From Clostridia bacterium (lineage in GTDB: Bacteria; Bacillota; Clostridia; TANB77; CAG-508), in contig JAAWGB010000001.1 of the NCBI GenBank assembly GCA_022795075.1, forward strand, positions 16,383 through 80,382: a stretch of 64,000 nt of DNA. Direction: 5' to 3'. The notes under the pieces were generated by a model that ran no database searches, was not told the origin of the DNA, and saw only the letters and a list, made by a program, of their open reading frames with translations. The translations under genes were made by a program, and so were the position numbers. Positions 1-7,907 of the stretch are shown one piece after another (the first letter of the stretch is position 1; each line of letters starts with the position of its first letter).

Positions 1-1238
1 TAACACCACCTCTTGAGCCAATACAACCTCAGCCATTAGAACAAGAAACATTTTTACCAAGTTTTGAGGAAGAAAAAGAAGAAGATAGCATGATGTTACC
101 AGGATTTGAAGAAGATGAAGAAGATACGATATTACCAGGCTTAGGTAATGAACAACAAATGGACCAACTAGAACCAACCTTAGATTTTTCAGAACCAGTT
201 TTATCAGCACAGCCACAACCAATACAACCAGAGCCAATTTTATCACAACCTCAACCTAGCATGGTAAATAATAGTTATGATAGTTATAATCATAATCCAT
301 ATCATCAAAATAGTATGGTTTCAGAGGAAGAAAACTATGAAGAAATTGATTTAACAAATTTATTAACACCAGACAAAAAAATAGTTACTTTTGTAGGAAC
401 AAGCAAAAATGGAACTTCATTTATTGTCAATAATGTAGCAGAATTATTATCTTCTATTGGCATTAATGTTGCCATTTTAGATACAACTCAAAATAGAAAT
501 TCTTATTACATTTATACCAAAAATGAAGAGGCATTAAGAGAAGTTGCAACACATAGTATAGAAAGACTTTCACAAGGTGTTGCCAATGGAATTAGTGTCA
601 ATAAAAATCTTACTGTATATACTTCTTTACCAAATGAAGAAGATAAAATTAATCATGTGGATAAAATATTAGAAACTTTATTACAAAAACATTCTTTAAT
701 ATTAATTGATACAGACTTCCAAACACCACTTGGTTATTTCAAACAATCACAAGAAACCTACTTGGTACAAAGTATGGATATTTTAACCATACAACCACTT
801 ACCGCATTTTTAAAAGAATTAAAAGTAAAAAATATACTAGATGAGAGAAAATTAAGAATCGTATTAAATAAAGTAGTAAAAATAAGAGGAATTAAAGATT
901 CAACTATTATAGGTGGTATTGCATTTTATAATGATCCAGCCATGTCTTTTATGACAGAACTATTTGATAGAGATAGAATTAAATATGTTTCTATACCATT
1001 TGAAGAAGAAACCTATATAAAATATTTAGAAGGAATCATTGAATGTGAAATTTCACAAAAAGGATATTCTAAAGTATTTTTACAAACATTAAGACAGTTA
1101 GGAAATATGATTTATCCAATTGTAACAACAACTGGTAAAAATAATAAAAACTATCAACCACCATCTGCACAAAAAAATGGTGAAGGCAATTTTTCTTCTA
1201 GTATGAATGATACATTAAATAAAATGAGAGGTTTTTAA
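1..1238 (+). CDS. Hypothetical protein (5' partial). N-terminus is a Pro/Gln/Glu-rich low-complexity region; C-terminus is a ParA/MinD-like fold with a degenerate Walker A.
   Basis: The ORF frame is open back to position 3, so the gene starts upstream of the window. The C-terminal domain resembles a ParA/MinD/CpaE-type ATPase, but its P-loop reads GTSKNGTS and lacks the conserved Lys. Confidence 0.45.
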   Translation, partial: TPPLEPIQPQPLEQETFLPSFEEEKEEDSMMLPGFEEDEEDTILPGLGNEQQMDQLEPTLDFSEPVLSAQPQPIQPEPILSQPQPSMVNNSYDSYNHNPYHQNSMVSEEENYEEIDLTNLLTPDKKIVTFVGTSKNGTSFIVNNVAELLSSIGINVAILDTTQNRNSYYIYTKNEEALREVATHSIERLSQGVANGISVNKNLTVYTSLPNEEDKINHVDKILETLLQKHSLILIDTDFQTPLGYFKQSQETYLVQSMDILTIQPLTAFLKELKVKNILDERKLRIVLNKVVKIRGIKDSTIIGGIAFYNDPAMSFMTELFDRDRIKYVSIPFEEETYIKYLEGIIECEISQKGYSKVFLQTLRQLGNMIYPIVTTTGKNNKNYQPPSAQKNGEGNFSSSMNDTLNKMRGF

Positions 1239-1267
1239 GGAACATAAAAAGAGGAGGGAAATAAACT

Positions 1268-2398
1268 TTGATAATAGCAGTTGTAATAATTTTAGTCATA
1301 ATTGTAGGAGCCTTAGTTGTATACAACATAAATATTCATAAAAAAATACGAAAATTTCAAAACATGAATCAAAAAGTTAACAATTTATATGTTGTTCAGG
1401 ATTTTATGAATGCAATAGGAGAAACATCATCAGTAGAAGATAAAATCAAAAAAATAAATGACATTTTGATTGAAAGATATGAAATTAAATATTCAACCAT
1501 TGTCGTATTTGATGGAGCAGAATATCAAGTAAAAGCTTCTAATGTTGACCCAAAACATTGGAATGCCCTAAAAATGCTACAAAATATTGATATGTTTAAA
1601 GATAGTATACAATCTGCAACCCCTAAATATGTAACTGTAAACAATGAAAATGAAAGACTTCCATACCAAGAAATGGAATTTGGAAGAGCAAAATCAGCCA
1701 TCTTTTTCCCTCTTTATATCGATAATGTATATATTGGATATTGGATTATGGAAAGCGGAACACCGCATGACTTTGATAATGTAGATATTACTGTATTAGA
1801 AGTTATTAAAGAAAATATTGTTTCTGTCTTAAAAACAGTTGTACATCAAAAAACATTAGAATCAATTGTAAGAAAAGATTTATTTACTGGTTTATATTCA
1901 GAAGAATATTTATATGGAGAAGGAAAGAAAATAATTGACCAATATACCATATCAACTATGTGTATGTTCAAAATTATTAATATACAAGATATTAATACAA
2001 GGTATTGTAGAGAATTGGGGAATAAAGTTATCACAAAAATTAGTCAATATATTGCCCAAAATTTATCACAAGATTACGTATTTGTAAGATATATGGGTCC
2101 TAAATTTGTCATTGCATTTTCAGGAGTAGAAGCAGATGGTGTAGCAGACTTTTTAAATGATATAAAAGAAAAAATAGAAACCATGCCAATAGAATTAACA
2201 CAAGAAGAAAGACAGCAATTACACTTAGAAGCAAGAACAACTTCAAGAGGAGCAAACTGTAAAGATGTAGCTATACCAAAATTAAATTTTGCAATATCTT
2301 CTTATTACAAGGGAACAGGCTTAGATGAAGTATTAAAGAAATTAGAAGAATACTTAGACAATGCACCAAAAACAGAAAGTGATATAACCAATATATAA
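1268..2398 (+). CDS. Membrane-anchored degenerate GGDEF-domain protein, probably inactive as a diguanylate cyclase
   Basis: TTG start follows the RBS aaagaggaggg. There is an N-terminal TM helix. The GGDEF fold has DLFTGL and the (I/D)xxFKxIN region, but the signature GG(D/E)EF is replaced by MGPKF. Confidence 0.5.
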   Translation: MIIAVVIILVIIVGALVVYNINIHKKIRKFQNMNQKVNNLYVVQDFMNAIGETSSVEDKIKKINDILIERYEIKYSTIVVFDGAEYQVKASNVDPKHWNALKMLQNIDMFKDSIQSATPKYVTVNNENERLPYQEMEFGRAKSAIFFPLYIDNVYIGYWIMESGTPHDFDNVDITVLEVIKENIVSVLKTVVHQKTLESIVRKDLFTGLYSEEYLYGEGKKIIDQYTISTMCMFKIINIQDINTRYCRELGNKVITKISQYIAQNLSQDYVFVRYMGPKFVIAFSGVEADGVADFLNDIKEKIETMPIELTQEERQQLHLEARTTSRGANCKDVAIPKLNFAISSYYKGTGLDEVLKKLEEYLDNAPKTESDITNI

Positions 2399-2461
2399 TA
2401 TAAGCCATAAGGAATTGAAAAGTAGCAAGGCAATAGAAAAAGGAAAAAGGAGGAGCTAAAT

Positions 2462-2719
2462 ATGGAATTTGACAAAACCATGCATTTTGAAGTAGAAAGA
2501 GAAGAAAACTTAAAATGTAGAGAAATACTAAAAGAGGTATATGAATCATTAGTAGAAAAAGGATATAATCCAATTAATCAAATTGTTGGATATATTTTAT
2601 CAGGTGATCCAACTTATATTACCAGTCATAATGATGCAAGAAACAAAATAAGAGCAATTGAAAGAGATGAACTACTAGAAAAAATGGTAAAAGATTATAT
2701 AGGAATAGATGAAAAATAA
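2462..2719 (+). CDS. ireB: IreB-family regulatory phosphoprotein (UPF0297)
   Basis: 85 aa with the highly conserved [17 protein letters not shown] motif. It sits immediately upstream of ruvX, as in other Firmicutes. Confidence 0.85.
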   Translation: MEFDKTMHFEVEREENLKCREILKEVYESLVEKGYNPINQIVGYILSGDPTYITSHNDARNKIRAIERDELLEKMVKDYIGIDEK

Positions 2720-3146
2720 TATGAGAATGTTAGGAATTGATTATGGAGAAGCACGAGTAGGAATAGCCATAACAGACCCTTTAAATATTACTGTTCAAGG
2801 ACTAGAAACGATACAAAGAAATGGCTCAGATAAAGTAGTTTTAAAAAGATTAGATGAAATTTTAGAACAATATGAATTGAGCACAATCGTAGTAGGAATG
2901 CCTTTGAACATGAATGGAACAATATCCGAAAGAGCCCAAATAACCGAAAAATTTGTCCATAAATTAAAATGTAAATATAATCAAATAAAAATAGAAACAG
3001 TAGATGAAAGATTAACAACAGTAGAAGCCCATAAAACAATGAATTTTTTAGATGTCAATAAGAATAAAAAAAGAAATATAGTAGATACTATATCTGCAAC
3101 CTATATCTTAGAAACATACTTAAATAAGCAAAAAGATAAAAATTAG
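2709..3146 (+). CDS. ruvX: Holliday junction resolvase-like protein RuvX/YqgF
   Basis: [16 protein letters not shown] is a YqgF N-terminus. The true start may be the internal Met at 2721 or 2727. Confidence 0.8.
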   Translation: MKNNMRMLGIDYGEARVGIAITDPLNITVQGLETIQRNGSDKVVLKRLDEILEQYELSTIVVGMPLNMNGTISERAQITEKFVHKLKCKYNQIKIETVDERLTTVEAHKTMNFLDVNKNKKRNIVDTISATYILETYLNKQKDKN

Positions 3147-3227
3147 AAAATTCATTGAAAAATAATTTTAAATAGGTTATTATATTAAATATAAATATAA
3201 TGAACAAAAATTGAAAGGAGAAAAATA

Positions 3228-3536
3228 ATGGAAGAAAACTTTGAAGGAGAAGAACTAGATAATATCGTAATATTAAATGATGAAGAAGGAAATGAAGTAA
3301 AATTTGAATTTTTAGATTTAGTAGAATTAGATGATGAAGAATATGTAGTATTACTACCAGTTACAGAAGAAGGAGAGGAAGAAGAAGGAGAAGTAGTTAT
3401 CTTAAAAGTGGAAGATACTGATGATGAAAATGCTGAAGAAGAATCTTATGTAAGTATTGAAGATGAAGAAATTTTAAATAAAGTGTTTGAAATATTTAAA
3501 GAAAAATTCAAAGATGATTTTGATTTTGTAGATTAA
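3228..3536 (+). CDS. DUF1292 (UPF0473) acidic protein
   Basis: A highly acidic 102-aa protein conserved downstream of ruvX in Firmicutes. Confidence 0.75.
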   Translation: MEENFEGEELDNIVILNDEEGNEVKFEFLDLVELDDEEYVVLLPVTEEGEEEEGEVVILKVEDTDDENAEEESYVSIEDEEILNKVFEIFKEKFKDDFDFVD

Positions 3537-3545
3537 TAGAAAACC

Positions 3546-3572
3546 AAAAGGCGGATTTTTCCGCCTTTTTAT
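3546..3572 (+). terminator. Rho-independent terminator
   Basis: GC stem aaaaggcgg/ccgcctttt with loop attttt, followed by a T-run. Confidence 0.7.
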
Positions 3573-3639
3573 ACAATACTAAACACATAAAAAATAAAGA
3601 ATTTAGATAAAAAGAAAATAGAAAAAGGGAGGAAAACAA

Positions 3640-4131
3640 ATGAAAAACTTTTCAACATGGTTATTAGTTATGTTTATGGCAATGTTTTGGGTGCTAAGAA
3701 TTATCATAGCAGTTAGTTACGAATTAGGAGGAAGTTTTGGAGGAATTGAACCATTTAATCAAACAATGGAAATTATCCTGTTATTTGTTGTATTAGCTTG
3801 TATGATATTAATCGTAAAAAGAAAAATGATTGGAGCGTTAGTTTATTTATTAGGTTATGGAATGTATTTTGGAACGAGTCTAGTAAATGGAATGATAACC
3901 ATAACATCTGATACAGCTGAAATTAGTGTTTCTAGTATGGGGGCTTATTTAGGAACTTTTATATCATTAATTGGAATTGTTATTCCTTTAGCCGTGTTAT
4001 TTGATTTATTGTTAGATAAAAATAGAAAAGCGAATCCAAAAGACAAGAAAACAGACTGGTTTTACAAAAATGAACAATTTGACAGAAAAATGGATGACCG
4101 AGCAGATAAAAATAATTATAGAACCATGTAG
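3640..4131 (+). CDS. Hypothetical integral membrane protein
   Basis: Several predicted TM helices and an RBS gggaggaaaac. No recognisable family. Confidence 0.5.
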   Translation: MKNFSTWLLVMFMAMFWVLRIIIAVSYELGGSFGGIEPFNQTMEIILLFVVLACMILIVKRKMIGALVYLLGYGMYFGTSLVNGMITITSDTAEISVSSMGAYLGTFISLIGIVIPLAVLFDLLLDKNRKANPKDKKTDWFYKNEQFDRKMDDRADKNNYRTM

Positions 4132-4447
4132 TTATATATGGTTCATTTACATATTTAGTAGTAATATGAAAAAGAAACGAAAAAATCTGTCATATCAAGA
4201 AATAATAGTTTAAATTATAAAGACATAGATGAAGTAAAACAAATTGAAAGTAAAGATGCTGATAATAAAATGGAAAATAATATGAATATCAACTGGTAAA
4301 GTCTGATTTTAGCAAAACCATCTGAAAACCTTGAAAAATAAGCAGTTTTTTTAAATAGCTTTTTACATATTTTAATAAAAAATGAGGTGAAAGAGGATAA
4401 AAAATAAAATTATTGAAGTTCAAGATATAAATATAAATGTAACAAAT

Positions 4448-5788
4448 ATGAACGAAAAGGATTATATTTGTATTTCTGATATTGCAAAAGTCAAAAGTGA
4501 TAAATCCCGAGTAGCTGTTGTTATAAGAAATTGGTTGCGTAATAGAAGTACATTAGATTTTTTAACTGCTTGGGAGGAATTGTACAATCCAAATTTTAAA
4601 GTGTTCGAATCTGAACACTTTAGAAAGCAAGTAGGCTTATTAACTTTTACACCAAGTGTTACACAATGGTGTGAGAAGACAAATGCAATTGGTATGTATT
4701 CCAAATTAGGTAAATATGGTGGAACTTATGCACATAAAGATATTGCATTTGGATTTGCATCAGCAATTAGCCCTGTTTTTAAATTATATTTAATAAAAGA
4801 ATTTGAGAGATTAAAAGATTTAGAAAATAAAAACAGAGAATGGGATGTAAAGAGAATTTTAACAAAAAATAATTATTTAATACATACTGATGCAATTAAA
4901 AATTACATATTACCAGATAATGATTTTTATAAAAATAGAGAATGGTTGAAATATGCTGAAGAAACAGATATCTTAAATGTTGTCATTTTTAATACGACTG
5001 AAAAAAAGTGGAGAGAACTTAATTCTGATTTAGCAAAAAATTCTAATGTTAGAGATTATGCAACAATTAATGAACTAACAGTATTATCAAATTTAGAATC
5101 GCATAATGCAGAATTGATTAAAGAAGGAAAAAGTAAGGAAGAAAGATTTGAGATATTAAGTAAAATTGCTAAATATGAGCTAGAGATACTTAACAATTCA
5201 GAGAAAATAAAGTTGTTAGGAAGTAAAAATAATGTATTATTAATTCATGGATTTAATGGAATACCAAAAATATTTAATTATTTCAAAAAAGAATTAGAAA
5301 ATAAAGGTTATAATGTGATTTTACCAAATTTTCCACTAAGAGAAGAGATAGAAATAGAAGGGTATTTTGAAGTATTTAATAAATATAAAGGGATATTTAA
5401 TGATAATCTAATTGTAATTGCACATTCAATAGGAAATCCAATGTTTATAAAATATATATCCAAAAATAATTATAAGATTGGAAAATATGTTAGTTTAGCT
5501 GGATTTTCGGAAGCATATTATAATGAAGGAAAAGATGATTTGAATGAAAAAGTTAAATTAACAGTATTAACTGATAAGGAAAAAAAAGATGCAATCAGAC
5601 AAATTAATGAAAAATACTCAATATATAGCGATGATGACCATATAGTGCCTTTTAATTTATTAGAAAAATATTGTAGAGATATTGAATCAAAGCCTATACT
5701 GATAAAGAGTATTGGACATATGGGAAAAAAGAGTGGATTAGAAACGTTACCAGAAGTAATAGATTTAATTGATAATAATAGCTTATGA
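4448..5788 (+). CDS. KilA-N (APSES-type DNA-binding) domain fused to a serine-hydrolase/YdeN-like alpha/beta-hydrolase domain
   Basis: N-terminal residues 1-130 (ISDIAK...NWLRNRSTLDFLTAWEELYNP) are a KilA-N domain. C-terminal residues 260-446 (LLIHGFNG...IAHSIGNP...DDDHIVP) are an alpha/beta-hydrolase of the Ser_hydrolase type. Confidence 0.6.
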   Translation: MNEKDYICISDIAKVKSDKSRVAVVIRNWLRNRSTLDFLTAWEELYNPNFKVFESEHFRKQVGLLTFTPSVTQWCEKTNAIGMYSKLGKYGGTYAHKDIAFGFASAISPVFKLYLIKEFERLKDLENKNREWDVKRILTKNNYLIHTDAIKNYILPDNDFYKNREWLKYAEETDILNVVIFNTTEKKWRELNSDLAKNSNVRDYATINELTVLSNLESHNAELIKEGKSKEERFEILSKIAKYELEILNNSEKIKLLGSKNNVLLIHGFNGIPKIFNYFKKELENKGYNVILPNFPLREEIEIEGYFEVFNKYKGIFNDNLIVIAHSIGNPMFIKYISKNNYKIGKYVSLAGFSEAYYNEGKDDLNEKVKLTVLTDKEKKDAIRQINEKYSIYSDDDHIVPFNLLEKYCRDIESKPILIKSIGHMGKKSGLETLPEVIDLIDNNSL

Positions 5789-5818
5789 GGAAAGTAATAA
5801 TAAAAGGAAGTGAAATTA

Positions 5819-6736
5819 ATGAATAATAACGAAGAAAAGTTACCAAAAGTCAATATCAACTGGTATCCTGGACATATGGCAAAAACAAGAAGACAAATAG
5901 AAGAAGATTTAAAAATAATAGATGTAGTAATCGAATTGTTAGATGCACGAATACCAATATCTAGTCAAAATCCTAATATAGCTAATATTATCAAGAAAAA
6001 GAAAAAAATTGTGGTATTGAATAAATGTGATTTAGCAGATGAAAAGCAAAATCAGTTGTGGATACAATATTTTGAAAAAAAGGGAATCATAGCAGTATTA
6101 ACAGACTCAAATTCTGGAAAAGGAATTGACCAATGTATTAGAAAAATAGAAAGTATGATGAATACAGATATGCAATTACAAGCTAGTAAAGGAAGAACAG
6201 GAAGAAAGATAAGAGCAATGATATTAGGAATTCCTAATGTAGGAAAATCTTCTTTTATTAATCGAATTTCAAAAAGAACAACAGCTGGAGTAGGAAATAA
6301 GCCAGGAGTAACCAAACAAAAGCAATGGATAAGAATTAATGACAAAATAGAACTGTTAGATACACCAGGAGTATTATGGCCAAAATTTGAAAGTGAGGAA
6401 GTAGCACTAAATTTAGCCTTTACAGGAACCATCAAGGAAGATATATTAGAAAGAGTAGATATTGCTTATTATCTAACTAAATTTTTAATTGAAAATAATC
6501 GAACCCTATTATGTGAAAGATATAAAATAACCGAAGAATTTATAACAAAAAAGATGTCACAACAACAACTAGAAAATGAGAATATTTATGAAATAATGCT
6601 TGAAATAGGAAAGAAAAGAGGATGTATTATTTCTGGCGGAAATATAGATGAAGAGAAGACAGCAAGAATTTTATTAGATGAATTTAAAAATGGAGTAATT
6701 GGAAAAATAACAATAGAATCACCAATTAACAGATAA
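5819..6736 (+). CDS. rbgA: Ribosome biogenesis GTPase A (YlqF)
   Basis: Signature WYPGHMAK plus the G motifs DARIP, NKCDL and GIPNVGKSS. The ATG at 5819 is preferred over the GTG at 5810 because of the RBS aaggaag. Confidence 0.85.
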   Translation: MNNNEEKLPKVNINWYPGHMAKTRRQIEEDLKIIDVVIELLDARIPISSQNPNIANIIKKKKKIVVLNKCDLADEKQNQLWIQYFEKKGIIAVLTDSNSGKGIDQCIRKIESMMNTDMQLQASKGRTGRKIRAMILGIPNVGKSSFINRISKRTTAGVGNKPGVTKQKQWIRINDKIELLDTPGVLWPKFESEEVALNLAFTGTIKEDILERVDIAYYLTKFLIENNRTLLCERYKITEEFITKKMSQQQLENENIYEIMLEIGKKRGCIISGGNIDEEKTARILLDEFKNGVIGKITIESPINR

Positions 6737-6759
6737 AATATTAAATAAAGGAAGTAATA

Positions 6760-7290
6760 ATGGAAGAATGGATAAATTTTAATAGACCAGAAGAGGAAGT
6801 TAATTTACTATCTCCACTTACATGGGCATATGTTGGAGATTGTGTATATGATTTATATATAAGAACGAAATTAGTCAATCAAACAAACTTAAAACCGCAT
6901 AAATTGCATATTGAAACAATAAAATATGTCAAAGCACGAAGTCAAGCAAAAATTCTTGAAACAATACAGGAGCAATTAACAGAAGAAGAAAAAAATATCG
7001 TAAGACGTGGCAGAAATGCCGAAAGTCATCATTTGCCTAAAAATTCAAATGTTCAAGAATATAAATATGCTACAGCTTTTGAGGCTTTAATTGGCTATTT
7101 ATATTTAACCAAAAAATCAAAAAGATTAAAAGAGATTTTAAATTTTGTAGGGGACAATTGGGGACGGTTCTTGATTGCTCCTTTTTTTGTGTGTAAACTG
7201 GCACTTGGAATTTTCCTTCCCTTAGCTTGGGGAGATGCTTGCAACTTTAAGGGTATAGTAATTTTAAAACTTAGATTCGCTTCAAGCTAA
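6760..7290 (+). CDS. mrnC: Mini-ribonuclease 3 (Mini-III), with the ORF running on into a repeat arm
   Basis: LTWAYVGDCVYDLYIR and EALIGYLYL are Mini-III motifs. The last ~45 codons (from ~7150) lie inside the foldback-repeat arm, so the native C-terminus was probably altered. Confidence 0.75.
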   Translation: MEEWINFNRPEEEVNLLSPLTWAYVGDCVYDLYIRTKLVNQTNLKPHKLHIETIKYVKARSQAKILETIQEQLTEEEKNIVRRGRNAESHHLPKNSNVQEYKYATAFEALIGYLYLTKKSKRLKEILNFVGDNWGRFLIAPFFVCKLALGIFLPLAWGDACNFKGIVILKLRFASS

Positions 7291-7520
7291 TTTTCGAAAA
7301 ACTTCTAAATTTATTTTATGGCACCCTTTCAAAACAAGTTTTGAACATTTTCCATAAAATAAATTAAGAATTTTTATCTCAATTACTTTCGATTCATCTA
7401 AGTTTTAAAATTACTATACCCTTAAAGTTGCAAGCATCTCCCCAAGCTAAGGGAAGGAAAATTCCAAGTGCCAGTTTACACACAAAAAAAGGGGCAATCA
7501 AGAACCGTCCCCAATTGTCC
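7152..7520 (+). repeat. Palindromic foldback repeat, copy 1 (arms 7152-7277 and 7396-7520; core ~7278-7395)
   Basis: The ~126-bp arms are inverted copies of each other with a single mismatch. The core is shared with the copies at 10.7, 33.8 and 52.9 kb. Confidence 0.85.
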
Positions 7521-7584
7521 TAAAAAATTAGAATAGTAGTTGACGAAAAGAAAAAAAAGTGATATAAGTAATAAGTACGAAAAA

Positions 7585-7659
7585 GGCCCCTTGGTCAAGC
7601 GGTTAAGACGCCACCCTCTCAAGGTGGAATCATGGGTTCGATTCCCGTAGGGGTCACCA
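7585..7659 (+). tRNA. tRNA-Glu (anticodon CTC)
   Basis: Cloverleaf GGCCCCT...GGGGTCACCA with encoded CCA. The anticodon loop is CTCTCAA. Confidence 0.85.
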
Positions 7660-7771
7660 CAATATATTTGGAATTGATAAATAAAAATTAAAAGGGAGTA
7701 GCTTTTTGGTTACTAATCAACAGTCGCGATATGAAAATATCTGGTTAGTAAGGCTATATTAGTCAAGCAAG

Positions 7772-7810
7772 ACTTTTAAAAGGATAATAGTTCCTTTTAA
7801 AAGTTTTTTT
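7772..7810 (+). terminator. Rho-independent terminator
   Basis: 12-bp stem acttttaaaagg/ccttttaaaagt followed by a T-run. Confidence 0.6.
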
Positions 7811-7907
7811 GTTAAACAAAGAATAGTAAAAGAAATACAGAATCGTAAATATAAGAAGTATAATAACAAGCAAAAGCGTAAAAAATATAAAAAAGGAGTG
7901 GTTTAAT

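Noticed and set aside
1846-2573. Small minus-strand ORFs, e.g. 1846..2034 and 2271..2573, and many similar 60-130-aa antisense ORFs throughout the track
   Set aside because: They lie antisense within well-supported genes. They are Leu/Ile/Phe-rich, as expected for random ORFs in AT-rich DNA, and they have no RBS or homology.
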